Notes under the pieces: model-generated
Told to the model about the DNA's origin: nothing
The model's database searches: none
Seen by the model: only the letters and a program-made list of their open reading frames with translations
Program-made: the position numbers and the translations under genes
Assembly (NCBI GenBank): GCA_048013815.1
Contig: CM106585.1
Coordinates: 12,400,001 to 12,464,000, forward strand
Source of the DNA: Setoptus koraiensis
Lineage: Eukaryota > Animalia > Arthropoda
Reading direction: 5' to 3'
DNA: 64,000 nucleotides
In this document: positions 52,260 through 64,000 of the stretch, piece by piece
Numbering within the stretch: the stretch's first letter is position 1
How the letters are laid out: the number at the start of each line of letters is the position of its first letter

Positions 52260-53681
52260 GTGCCACAAAAAAAACAGGAATTACTATTGATCGCGTCGCT
52301 CGGGTTGCTCTTGCTAGAGCAAAGTTATGTACTTTGTGATTATGGCAAAAATCAATATCCATCGATGAACAATGACGCTTATGGTCAAGGCGGAGGCGGT
52401 GGTGGCGGTTATGATGATTCTTATGGAGGGGACAGTTATGGAGGAGAGGATAGACCGAAGATCAAATTAAACTTTGGAGTACATGTGCCAGCTATGAGAA
52501 TTCAATTGCCAAGAATCAGCTTGCCAAAGATAACTATACGCGCAAAGGTGAAACAACCCAACAAGCCATCGACGATACATGTTCCTGAGATTAATCTTGA
52601 GACACAGAGCAAAGTGTCACCTCCGGGAAGTAAAAGTGCCTCGGGAGACGATAGTTATGGCGACACGTATGGAGGCACCTACGGCGGTCACAGTGCCAGC
52701 AATTATGGCGGTCAAATGATGAGCGGTTACAGTAGCTCCAACGCCGAATACTCGCATCCTGCCCAATCGCATTATCAATCACCAAAGAAGCAACAGGTTC
52801 CAAGCTACGGAAGAGGCAACAATTATGAGAAGAGTCAGGGTGTGTAACTTATCATTAGATATTAGATATTATGATAATTAGAAGAAACTGCCCTGTTTTA
52901 ATCCAATTTAATTGCTCATTCTTTTCTTTCTCTGAATGTTCTCCATTTACCATCAGAATCTACTTATCTAGCTGCCTCAAACGATTACCGTGATGGAACC
53001 ACTTCTCTCAGTTTATCGAGGGACCCTGAAAACGGTGCCTACGCAAGCAGCAATAAAGAGTATTCTGTTATTAGCGATCACAATAAATCAAATAATGATG
53101 ATAAATACGCTCGGGGCGCCATCAATCAAATGGGACAATATACGAACGCAAATCAGGCCAACAGTGACGAGCAAATATTTGATAACTACAATAGTGCCTC
53201 TAATAATCGTAATGCCACTGAATCTAGACAAAATACAATTGCCAGAGACAATCTGAATGTAGGAGATAATAAATACAGAGTGGCATCAAATTCTATCATG
53301 CTGAATTTCCCTGAACGATTCAGATCCAATCAACAGACTTATTTGTTAGACAAATCAAGATCGTCTTCTATGATTGAACCACAACCAAACAATGATGTGG
53401 TATCTAAACCTGTTCATTTAGTCTATAGTGCTATGGTGCAGCCAGAAATCAACAACGAAGAACAACGAATCAACCATCATTATCAGTCGCACCAGCCGAA
53501 CACTATGGGTCACAATAGCAATGTTAACAATAATGTTAATAACAATGTTAATATGCATACACAACAAGGCCACATTAATAACAATAATCATTCGGCCCAG
53601 GAATCGCGAACTTTCTTACAGAAGATATCGTCGCCCTTCCAACACGTCAGAAATTGGCTTAGACCTCACAACAGAGAATGA
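52260..53681 (+). CDS. Secreted Gly/Tyr-rich hypothetical protein, 2 exons (52260-52839, 52957-53681)
   Basis: Signal-like LLLIASLGLLLLEQSYVLC, GGY/SYGG repeats. A phase-1 GT-AG intron (52840-52956) joins the 52260 ORF to the frame of the 53130 ORF. Confidence 0.7.
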
Positions 53682-54417
53682 TTAACTATGTAATAAAAAC
53701 AAACAAACAATCATTAGTAGCTAAACGTGTTTGCTAGATGTAAAACTAATAAAAACATAGAGTGTATCCATATTTTGACTTCGAAAAGCCGATTCGAAAG
53801 TAAAACTTCGCTTTTGAGCTGTCGATGCCTCTCGCGATTTATTTCATTCTGGAACAAACTTGACTTTTATTGTTCCAATAAATGAGACCCCTTTTTGCTA
53901 GAACACTACAGCCGCGCGCATTGTGCATATTTCCAATCAAGCGTAATTATGATGCAAGTATAATTCTGATGATTGTGACAAATGTTCAAAATGTGATGAA
54001 AGTTATGATACAAGACACATCATGGCCGATCGCAATGGCATCAGATATCACATGTTACGCTAGAATTTGCTGAAAATGGTCCAAAGCAACACAATAGTCA
54101 CGACGCGAGGCAACATGGTAGATGTTCAGGACTTTTCGATGGAAGCTCGAATCTGGCACACTGGCATACACGAGCACATCTTGTGTCTAGACAATGATCT
54201 GAATGAGAAGATATCAAACCCAAAAATAGAATTTGAGTTATCTGCAAAAAAAAAATTGTGACCACAACGCATGCAGTTTCGTCCGATGAATGTTTAGTAC
54301 GAAGTAGTCATAGAAACAGTGAAATACAGTAGGAATACTTCGAAAATTTGCATAGGAGATCCCGCCATTGAGTATAGCCAAAGTAGCTATAAATTTTGAT
54401 ACCGTCTCAATCTGAAC

Positions 54418-55704
54418 ATGGTGGTAAACTCATTATTGGCAGCGCTAGCGCTGCTAGTTTGTTCCAACCTGGCCAGTTCAAACCCATCGTTATCCGGAAT
54501 CGGCCATATAGCACGATTACCTGGAGGCCAAGGTTACAAATTGTTCAAGCAATACTCCATAACATTCCTGGTTGATGATGCGGTAGGAATGGGAAGCAAG
54601 AAGATTACTGATAATGACGAATGGCGCAACTTTTCACCGACAAACACTCAGTGCTTTAGATATTTGACAAACTTCATCAACAATGGCTATAAACTGAAAG
54701 AATTTTTCGATTTAATTCTGCTGGATAGTTGCCTGGGATATTTGTATGATGATCATCAATACAAATGGACTGATCAGACAAGCGCCCAAGAAAAGAAAAC
54801 GTTGCAATCTTTGATTGCCGATGAAAATCTGGAGAGAATCTACAAAGGCACCAAATTGGAAACTTTGAGTGCTGATGGTGTCCAATCTTTCAGAGAGCTA
54901 TTCGACTTTGGTCTATCATTGACTTATGGAAGGATGATGGGTTGTGGTGGATGGATCAGAGTTGCAACTAAGTATGTCCAAAGTCGAGATTTGATAGGTG
55001 TTCCAGAAGAGGACACTTACATTCAGCTTATGTCTGACGTTGCTCGACGCCAGGGGAGACGTTGCTTCAAAGTGGAAGCGGAGAGCTTCACCGAGGAGAG
55101 CCAATTTGTGACCTATGACACTGGTCTTATTCTCAGTCCCAAGAAACTTCTGCCATCACCATCCCGCAAGCAGTCGCTTAAAAATAATTGGCCGCAGAAA
55201 ATGTTGAGAGTTCTACAAAAGTCCCTTGGCGTATCTAGCTCCACTGCTATTGACTTTGATCAATTGCAATTGTTTGCTTATAACTTGAAACAAAACGAAC
55301 CGGACGCTCGAACGAAATTTTTGTCAAATTTAGAGAGCTTCGCCAAATCCAAGCTCAAAAAATCTTCTTCTTTATCGCAAGAAGAGGCAAACGCCGCCTA
55401 TCGCGAGCTGATAGATGATCTTTGCCTGCTCTACATAAACGATTCCAAGGAAACATGGATCAAAATCTTGCATCATCCTGAGTTCTTCGGTAACCTGGAG
55501 TGGGTTTTGTTCGACAATGACGATCCAATGTATGCCAAAAGAATAAGAGCGATGTACTTGACTACCTTCATGTGCCGATATATTGACCAAACTTTCGCTA
55601 CGACATCAAACGCTCGTTATGTCGTAGATTTCAAGGATGGTGCCGAGCAAAAACTTAAAATTTGGCCAATGAGGCCTCCTAAACGAGCTGACATGAAGTC
55701 TTAG
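54418..55704 (+). CDS. Orphan secreted protein, paralog A (428 aa, single exon)
   Basis: Signal peptide MVVNSLLAALALLVCSNLASS, long ORF, end-to-end similarity to 56417-57709. Confidence 0.85.
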   Translation: MVVNSLLAALALLVCSNLASSNPSLSGIGHIARLPGGQGYKLFKQYSITFLVDDAVGMGSKKITDNDEWRNFSPTNTQCFRYLTNFINNGYKLKEFFDLILLDSCLGYLYDDHQYKWTDQTSAQEKKTLQSLIADENLERIYKGTKLETLSADGVQSFRELFDFGLSLTYGRMMGCGGWIRVATKYVQSRDLIGVPEEDTYIQLMSDVARRQGRRCFKVEAESFTEESQFVTYDTGLILSPKKLLPSPSRKQSLKNNWPQKMLRVLQKSLGVSSSTAIDFDQLQLFAYNLKQNEPDARTKFLSNLESFAKSKLKKSSSLSQEEANAAYRELIDDLCLLYINDSKETWIKILHHPEFFGNLEWVLFDNDDPMYAKRIRAMYLTTFMCRYIDQTFATTSNARYVVDFKDGAEQKLKIWPMRPPKRADMKS

Positions 55705-56416
55705 TCTTCACTTGTATCTTGAGACGATGTCGAAGCATTAAAGTATATCATTGTCCCACTGGCAACTGTTATATATCTGAACCGATTGATGCTGTTATCT
55801 TGTCATATTTTTACATCACTTAGCTTGTATCATTAAGATCGAAACAAAGTTGGGACCCTACCACATACGTCCGAATCTTACCCGGGGCGTTGATTTAGTA
55901 TCTCTGCAATCCATTTGAAGGTTTAGGTAAAGACTAATTAAGATTGTGCTAATTATTTTTAGCAGTATGATGGTTCAACAAGATGCTCATAGTCAATGAA
56001 GAAAATGCAATGATTTGAGCCTCATCTTTGAATCGTGAGGTGGTCCGATTTTCAAGAATGTCACCACTCGTTGATATCGATGAAGCACAGTTACGGCGAG
56101 CGATGATTCGCTGATCTTGTTCTAGTCAATTGGCTCTACAGTTTGTATGAAGGTTCTCTGTGTCTAGCCAACGATCAGAATGAGAAGATATCAAACCCAA
56201 AAATAGAAAGGTTCCATCATCTGATAACTGCAGAAACACGACTATTTTCTGTCTCTGTGGAATCGAGTTTTTAGCATATAGTTTCGTCTGACGAATGTGT
56301 CATGGAATTATTCATAGAAATAGTGAAAAAATAGTGGGATAACTATAAAAATTAGCATAGGAGATCCTCCCATCGGATATAGCCAAAGAAGCTATAGATC
56401 CTGACACAGTCTCACT

Positions 56417-57709
56417 ATGAAAATGGTGTTAAGCTCATTATTATCAGCGCTAGCGCTGCTAATTTTTTGCAGTACAGTAAGCACTGATGAAATTTCTAAT
56501 CCAACAAGGCCTGCAATGGGCCACATACCAAGACTTCTCGGTGAAAAAAACGAGTTGTTCAAGGGATACTTCAGAGCATTCATGATGGGTGAAATAGCAG
56601 GGAAAGAGGGCCGGAAAGAATTATATAACGATGATTGGCGCAACTTCTCACCAACTAGCGCTCAGTGCGTCAAATATCTGAAAGAATTTATCAATAATCA
56701 ATATAAACTGAAGGAGTTCCTTGATTTAATCTTCCTGGACAGTTGTCTGGGATATCTGTACGATGACCATCCGTACAAATGGACCGATCAGACAAGCTCT
56801 CACGGTAAGAAAACGTTGGAATCTTTGATTGCTGATGTGAATTTGAGAAGAATCTACTCCGGAACAAAATTAGAAACTTTGAAGTCTAGAGGCGCTAAAT
56901 TTTTCAGAGAGCTATTTCAATTCGGTTTGGCATTGCTCTTCGGAAACTTTATGAGTTGCATCGGATGGATCCGAGTGGTGACAAGTTATGCCCAAGGCCG
57001 GAATCTGTTGAGCACTTCAGGAGACACTTATGTGAATCTCATGTCAGACGTTGCTAAACGTCAAGGAAATTATTGCTTCAGATACAAGGCGGAGGATCTT
57101 TCGGGCAAATTGGAGTTTAAGAGATATGACACGCATTTTCTTCCCAACCCCAAAAATTTATTCCCGACACCAGCTCGCAAACAGTTGGTCGAACGCGATT
57201 GGCCCAAGAAATTGCTGAAAATTCTACAAACAGTCATGGGCGTATCATCGTCCTCTGCCATTGATATCGACCAATTGCAATTGTTCGCCTATCAACTGAA
57301 ACAAAACGATCCTATTGCTCAGCAGCAGCTGATGTCTAATCTGGGAAAATATGCCAGCAAAAAGCTCCAAAGTCCCTCATCTATGTCGCAAGAAGAAGCT
57401 CAAATCGACTACAAAGGTCTGAAGGATGACCTGTGCCGAAATTATATCAGCAGCGCAACCGAGGATTGGATCAAGTTGCTGGGTTATCGTGACTTCTTCG
57501 GCGATAGCGAGTGGCTTTTGTACCAGTTCCCTGAACAGCACCTCACTAAGAGTGTCAGAGAGATGTACTTGACCACCTTCATGTGCCGATACGTTGACAT
57601 GACTTATGCTACTGTATCATCTTCCGGTTACGTAATAGAGTTGCCAGAGAATTCTGCAACGATCATGAAAATCTGGCCCATGTCACCTCCACCGGAAAAG
57701 ATCAACTGA
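56417..57709 (+). CDS. Orphan secreted protein, paralog B (430 aa, single exon)
   Basis: Signal peptide MKMVLSSLLSALALLIFCSTVST. Shares blocks such as LDSCLGYLYDDH.YKWTDQTS and MYLTTFMCRY with paralog A. Confidence 0.85.
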   Translation: MKMVLSSLLSALALLIFCSTVSTDEISNPTRPAMGHIPRLLGEKNELFKGYFRAFMMGEIAGKEGRKELYNDDWRNFSPTSAQCVKYLKEFINNQYKLKEFLDLIFLDSCLGYLYDDHPYKWTDQTSSHGKKTLESLIADVNLRRIYSGTKLETLKSRGAKFFRELFQFGLALLFGNFMSCIGWIRVVTSYAQGRNLLSTSGDTYVNLMSDVAKRQGNYCFRYKAEDLSGKLEFKRYDTHFLPNPKNLFPTPARKQLVERDWPKKLLKILQTVMGVSSSSAIDIDQLQLFAYQLKQNDPIAQQQLMSNLGKYASKKLQSPSSMSQEEAQIDYKGLKDDLCRNYISSATEDWIKLLGYRDFFGDSEWLLYQFPEQHLTKSVREMYLTTFMCRYVDMTYATVSSSGYVIELPENSATIMKIWPMSPPPEKIN

Positions 57710-58573
57710 GATTGGAACCGTCTGAATCTAGTGTCTGTTATCTGATGTTTTTTTTTTTCACAACTTGTCGTGATTACTCGTTTCGGACAAACAAATATAG
57801 AAACAGATTGAATAAAAGTATGCCATTGATTGAAATATTTCAGTATGCGGCTATCAATTCCTCGTAAATCAAGACAATCGTACAGCTCATATGCGCATAC
57901 TGAAATACTTGAAGGATTATGCATTATATCTGAGAAGAAAAGAGCCGTTTGAAGATTTTGGAAGATGCTCAATCCGGCGGAAAGAATATCCTGGACCTTG
58001 TGATGGCTGCCTGAGTGATATCAAATTAGAAGATGAGGAAAGTTGCAATTTGCAACCTGACACGCAATCGAAATAGTAAACAGATCATGCATAAGGGTTA
58101 TATAGCCATTATTGCACACCACATATTTTAATTAATAATAATATTAAATAATTCGGTGTACGGAAACATTCGTCGATGACTACACGATGTATGACAAATT
58201 GGATCACATGATACAGCCTAGTTCGAGAAATAAATCAGACTTTATATGGCACTGTATCCTTGAACAGAATTAATTAACCAATTTTGTTGACTTTTATTTC
58301 TATCGTTCTTTCTGCACTGAATTGGTGCATGGTGTTTTGTTGGTTTGTATTATTGTAGTCAGATTATGTCAACTAATCTCGATACTTACCGTGTTCAATG
58401 CAACAGGGCTAGTCATCAGATTAGTTGAGTTTGCAAAATTGTTATATTAGGTTGAGTGTATTCAGAGAGTTTGATACAAATGATATTGATTGACCTATTA
58501 AATCGTAAATGTGTCGTGTCGTCTAACACATTTGCGATTATGTCATTACTGCAAAAATATTATATTAAATTGA

Positions 58574-60028
58574 TTGACCATCGGCAGACCATCGACGAGC
58601 AAAAGCAACAAACTCATCATGCACACAAGCAACAACGAAGATGATGAAGCCAATTCAACCAAGTCTACAATGGCTTCAGTAATTGCCAGGCCAACATTGC
58701 CGGACTTGGAGTCGCCAACGTCGTCGCCGGAAAGGCAATCGTTCAAAGATACAAGAGATGGTCCCTACGCTTGGTTTATTTTATTTATCATGTTCTCAAT
58801 TAAATCAGTCATAGTGGGCACATTTATCACTTATGGAGTGTTGTTTGCAGAGATACTGAAACAGGGCCAGTTAACTCGAGAAGAAGTGTCTTGGCAGTTT
58901 GCTACCATTACAACAACGGAAAATTTCACCTCATTGTTTGTGTCGTTTCTCTCGGTGTATATATCTTGGCGTCAGTCGGAATTTATCGCTGGTGTTCTGG
59001 GAACAATAGGCAATATTGGTGCCTTCTTTAGTGAATCAAGGGCTCTAGATATCATATTGATTGGGGTTATCGGTGGCTTGTGTCAAGCGTTCACCGTAGT
59101 GCCCATGATGGCCATAAACAATGCTTATTTCAAAAAATATCGCTCCACAGCCTACGGCGTAATGACTACAGGGCCCTATTGTGGCAGTCTGATATTGCAA
59201 TATCTTGTCGGAAACGCAATCAAAAGTTATGGCTTTAAGTATGGATATCTTGTTTTGGGAACCGCCAATTCTCTCAATCTAATACTGTCGCTGTTTGTCA
59301 GGCGGCCGGCACATTTGGACAGAATAGAAGAACAAGACGGCGAAGACAACTCAAATCATCACAGCCTACCAAAGGATCTGAAAGTAATAGAAGCCATGAA
59401 GCTGTATGTAATTCTATTAAAGAAGCCATATTTTCATTTAGTTTGGATTACTCAATTGGTATTCTATTGGCATTACGCATCGATGAGCCTATTGATTATC
59501 GATTATGGCCACGATAGAGGCCTTGACGATCAACAAGCCAACAATCTGTTGGCCGTCTACTCAGTTGCCTCTCTACTGGGCCGATTGGTGCCCGCATTTT
59601 TGCTAGATCTCCGAATTATCCAAGTGCGCTACATGGCCTCAATAGCCTGCTGGACAACCGGTCTATCGTTGCTACTAATGACACTGGCACCTGTCGGACT
59701 TTATTGGTCCTATGTGGTGTTGACAGCTTCAGTTGGATTCATTATTGGCTTTTTGTATATTGTGCTCAATTTGTTGTATGTTGAATACGCTGGTGATGGC
59801 CTAATATCTATCTCATTTGGCCTGGCCGCCTTCATAGACGGCTGGTTCATGATGGCCCGGCCATTGGTGATAGGCTATTTTCGCGACTATTTAAAAGATT
59901 ACAATATCCTCTTTCAATTGATGTACACTGTTTGCATTGGTGTTGGTCTCTGTTGGCTGCTAGCCCCAGCAATAGGTAAACTGTTTCTGTTTTGCTTCCG
60001 TCGTTCGAAAGCCGTTATCAGTAAGTGA
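58574..60028 (+). CDS. Monocarboxylate transporter (SLC16/MFS) family protein, single exon
   Basis: RDGPYAWFIL (MCT TM1 motif), YFKKYRSTAYG loop motif, about 12 hydrophobic segments. Start could be a later Met. Confidence 0.9.
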   Translation: MTIGRPSTSKSNKLIMHTSNNEDDEANSTKSTMASVIARPTLPDLESPTSSPERQSFKDTRDGPYAWFILFIMFSIKSVIVGTFITYGVLFAEILKQGQLTREEVSWQFATITTTENFTSLFVSFLSVYISWRQSEFIAGVLGTIGNIGAFFSESRALDIILIGVIGGLCQAFTVVPMMAINNAYFKKYRSTAYGVMTTGPYCGSLILQYLVGNAIKSYGFKYGYLVLGTANSLNLILSLFVRRPAHLDRIEEQDGEDNSNHHSLPKDLKVIEAMKLYVILLKKPYFHLVWITQLVFYWHYASMSLLIIDYGHDRGLDDQQANNLLAVYSVASLLGRLVPAFLLDLRIIQVRYMASIACWTTGLSLLLMTLAPVGLYWSYVVLTASVGFIIGFLYIVLNLLYVEYAGDGLISISFGLAAFIDGWFMMARPLVIGYFRDYLKDYNILFQLMYTVCIGVGLCWLLAPAIGKLFLFCFRRSKAVISK

Positions 60029-60506
60029 CAAAGCAAACAACTAAAGCTTTAGTACACGTTCACTTGTTGTGCTGTCAAACAAAAAGTTGCAGGATTATGC
60101 CACTGTTAAAAAAAATGCGAGCAATCTAAAATATGCCTAGATAATTCAATAAATTACGGCTATTAAACGATTAATCTCTATTTATTTCCCTTGGCCTGCG
60201 TGTATCATTGCATAATAATAATATATGCGGGCGATGCTCTTACGTCATGATAATGACGACAGCGCTAATTTATTATAAGGGATTCTCATTTTGGGCAACA
60301 CATTCTCCGAACATGCACAACACTAGACAACAACCAAAATTGAGGATAAAATAATCAGAGAAATACTTGTCTGAGGGCTAATATGAAGTGTTTTGTCGGT
60401 GTACCTTTCGATACAACGGTATCATTGTTGTTTTATATTTTAATTATCGGTGTGCCGATTCTTATAACAAATTAACATTGTCCACGCAGGAAACGCGCGA
60501 AAAAAA

Positions 60507-63500
60507 TCACCGTTGCGAATTCTCTGAGCTTGAAATGTAATGTAAAATGTTTTTCAGATTATTCAGTTGGGCTGCTCTGTTTAGAGATGCCGAGATGGAC
60601 GATCCTCGCCCCCCTGTCGTCCGGAATTCTCTCCCGTTCGATGATAAATTATCTCCCGACGAGCCTTTTCTGACGGCAAAGGCAAAAGCCTCTCGTTTGC
60701 CGGCATCACTAACTCTGTTTATACTATAATTTAAATTTAACAAATCTCTATTGATCTATCGAACTCTCGCTTTCTGGCCTCCTCGATGGCCTCTCTTCTC
60801 TTGAGTGCCTTCTCTCTTCTCAATTGGGTCTTGTAGAACTCGGCAAAATTATTTACAATAATGGGTATAGGCAACGCCACTACTAGGACGCCACAAATGC
60901 AGCAACCGGCGCCAACCACTTTGCCGAATAGGGTCGTGGGAGCTATGTCACCATACTGCAGTTTGAATATTAATAAACAGTGGGGAGTAGAGAGAATGCA
61001 AGAAAGCAACATTATCATTACGTGTATGGCGGAGCGTTGAAGTGTCATTAATATATTGCGTGTTGACAAAAAGGGCGCTCACGGGGGCCCAACTTCATGA
61101 ATAATTGAGAAGTTGAGTTATGACAAATGTAAATAGTAGTGACTTTGATAGTATCAAATTTAATGCAATACTTACGCCCACAGTCGTCATGGTGATACAG
61201 GCCCACCAGAAGGTCTCCGGTATTGAAATAAATTTTGTGTTTGGTTCGTCTTTTTCGGCAAAATAGGCCAAACTTGAGAATATCATCACACCAATGGCTA
61301 GGAATAACATTAATAAACACAACTCGTTCCAACTGTTTCGTAGTGTAAAACCCAACGATTGCAGTCCAGTGGAGTGACGGGCCAATTTTAAAATGCGCAA
61401 TATACGCATGATACGCAATATTTGCATAATTCGTCTGACATCCTGAAATTGTTCATTGCTTTTGTTTGTCTCACTTAAAAGCAACGATATAAAATAGGGC
61501 ATTATGGCCAATAGATCTATGACATTGAGCGCGCCCCTGAGAAATTTCTTTTTGCTCGGCGACGAGGCAAACCGAAGCAGAAATTCCGTGGTGAACCAGG
61601 TAATGCATACGGCCTCAATGGTGGCCAGTTTCTGATTGTCGCCTACGTGACCCGTTTTTTCGTCGATTTCCTGATAGGAGGGCATCGTGTTGAGCGTGAG
61701 CGAAATGGTCGACAGTATGATGAAGGCGATCGATGCAAAGGCCACACACTGGGCGCACATTTAGAGTTGCGATATCGGGCGAAAAAATTGATTGCAAAAT
61801 GCAATTAGATTGAGCGAATATTTTGGATATGGAAGCGATACGTCTGTCTGGCCGCCAGTGATCGAGCCGATCGCTCTAGACTGGCGGCGAGCCGGCCCGA
61901 GACACTCACCCGAGCCGCAAGTGACGTTTGGGGCTTCTCCAACAGTTCCCAAACTTGCTTTTGATATACCCGATACGGGTGTGGTCCGAACAGTTCCTCG
62001 TCGTGCTCCTTGAGCGATTCCATTTCTTTGCGCAATTCCTCAAAGAAATTCTCCTTGCGTTGGTGGTACTTTTGTTGACAACAATTGTCCAAATGAATAT
62101 CGTCTATCTGCCAATAATCCAGATCATTTTGGAAGGCCATAACGCACATTTCGTCGGGCAAATGTAGCTTGCCCGTTCGGTAATAATCGAGAATACAATT
62201 GAATGATTTCGGCTGCCGATCAAAATAAAACTCGTTCGTTTCTAGATTGAAATCGTCGCAATAATTTAGCAGCGATCTCAATTGTCTCATTGTCAACAGA
62301 GCAACAGCAACAAAACTGTTACTGTTATCGCCCGGCTCACTGATGGCTCGCGCCGAATTTCTCGAGTTCAGCCTGGCCGCGCACTCCACGCTGACGGGCT
62401 CCACCTTATCATTTCCGGTTGGGTCATCTTTATCTTTATCGGTTGCAGCGGCTCGATTAGTTGGCGCTTGGCCGTGAATATAATTGTGACTGTAATTGCA
62501 TTGGTGCTCCTGTTGCAACAAATTGTGGTCGTCGTGAAATGGCTGGCGTGGTTGCTGTTGTTGTTGTTGTTGTTGTTGTTGTTGCGATGAAAGTTTTGTT
62601 TGTGGGGCAGTTGGCGATGCTTTTGTATTGGTGCTGTTGCCGGTGGTGGCCGGCATTGGAGGTGTGGCGGCGGCTAGCGGTGGAGTTGGCGATGGCGAGG
62701 CCGATGTCGACGGCATCGCTCTCGGGAGTTGCGTTTGGTGGTTGGCCGACGACGAGGCCGACGGAATCTGATGACAGGCAACGAATGCCAGGCGAGCCAG
62801 TCGCGTATTGGGCACCCTCAGCAACGTTGACCACAGCACCTCGTGCTTGACGCCGCCAACATTCAAGATGCACCGTGTGGCCCCATTAAACGAGCAGCGT
62901 CTCGTTGAGGTGCCCGACGAAATGTTGTTAGACTGGCTGAATCTGTCGGTGAAGTTGTTGTTCATGCTAACGGCCGAGGTTGTTTTCATGCTCTTGCCCA
63001 TCAACGAGGCGCTTCCTTGGCTGCCGATGCTGTTCACGCGGCTCCGGCTGCCCGAGCTCGGCCCGGTGGCCGCCCTGTCCCGCATCTCCGCATTTGGATG
63101 CTGTTGCTGGTATGGCGATTGGTTGGACAACGGATTGGACAGGGCAATTATTTTGGCTAGCGATTTTTTGCTGCGCAACCAAAATTTCTTGCCCCGACTC
63201 AAATTGTTGTTGTCGCTGTTGTTGTTGTTGCCGTTGGACTGTGTTGTTGTCGGCTGTCGCATTGCATTTTTTAGCCCCGCTGTTATGTCACCCAATTCCA
63301 TGTCGCACAAATTCGTTTCACTGCTCATAAGTTGATGACGTTGCTGCCTTGGCAGCAGGCGACGCTTTTTTCCTGGTCCCGTTTGTCCGGCGCCAAATCC
63401 GTTTGAGCGAACCATATTCTTCTTGTTATCCGGTATGGGTGTTGCGTCGTCGTAGGACAATGGACGCTGCCGATTGGAACGGGAGCTCAATTTACAATTG

Positions 63501-64000
63501 TTCGTTGCGTTGTGTAAATTCATCAGCGACAAAGTGCTGCAATGTTCAGGCCGGATGTAATTAGCGAAATCGGGCGATTGGGATCGTTTCATGGATAACA
63601 TCTTGTGAATTGGACTGGCGCTATTGCTGCAATAATGTTGCGGCGATCGCAACTTTTCCGCAATGGATCTGGTGCCCATGAGTCGCTCTTCGTCGTCATC
63701 ATCATATTGCGCATAATTGGGTATGGTGGACCTATCGAAGGCAGCTTGTTGATTGGTCATGTTGTTCAAACTGCAAACACTGGCCGAACTGAGGGGCAAT
63801 TTTTTTGGGTGGCGCGAATGGGTGGCATCGTGTTGCTTGTGCTTGCAATTACTATCGTTACAAAACTTTCCAATTGAGGCCGACGAGCCGCGCCGGGCCA
63901 ATGACTCGAGCTGATGCTGATGTCGGCCGTTTCTGATGAGCGCCGGCTGCCGATGGCGGCCAATTTTTCCAAAATTGAACGAGGTGTCAAATTTAAAAGG
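60507..64000 (-). CDS. Shab: Shab/Kv2 voltage-gated potassium channel, 5' end beyond window; exons ...-61910, 61748-61176, 60955-~60760 and a probable short last exon
   Basis: T1 (LNVGG...CDD...EFYFDRQP...YRTGKLH), [15 protein letters not shown]4 [22 protein letters not shown], pore TMTTVG/YGD joined across an intron, S6 [16 protein letters not shown]. The frame stays open to base 64000. The 3' end is uncertain. Confidence 0.93.

Overview
Eukaryotic (animal) genomic window from a very compact, intron-poor arthropod genome. The gene content and intronless RPB1/UPF2 fit a mite such as an eriophyoid, but that is inference only. Gene-dense housekeeping blocks (PRMT1, SDHC, a trypsin-like protease, OTUD5, a COA1-like gene, RPB1; then UPF2, NKAP, MTFMT) flank a ~13.5 kb microsatellite- and GC-island-rich domain. 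That domain holds two tandem, intronless doublesex-like DM-domain genes with identical DM domains, shared upstream non-coding blocks and unrelated C-terminal halves. UPF2 ends right after MIF4G-3, 9 bp from the stop of the second DM gene, and apparently lacks its UPF1-binding tail. The 33-50 kb region is rearranged. It contains a shortened neprilysin, an asteroid-like fragment, a 500-N gap and a ~0.9 kb inverted repeat with CACAGTG heptamers facing inward. It also contains a minimal YY1/pho gene and PRRC1 duplicated ~6.2 kb downstream (second copy broken and carrying a Helitron/HINE-like insertion whose empty site is visible in copy 1), and a secreted CUB-like repeat protein. The end of the window carries a secreted Gly/Tyr-rich protein, a tandem pair of orphan secreted proteins, an MCT transporter and a 5'-truncated Shab/Kv2 channel with a large insertion in T1. 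No rRNA, tRNA or CRISPR array could be supported.
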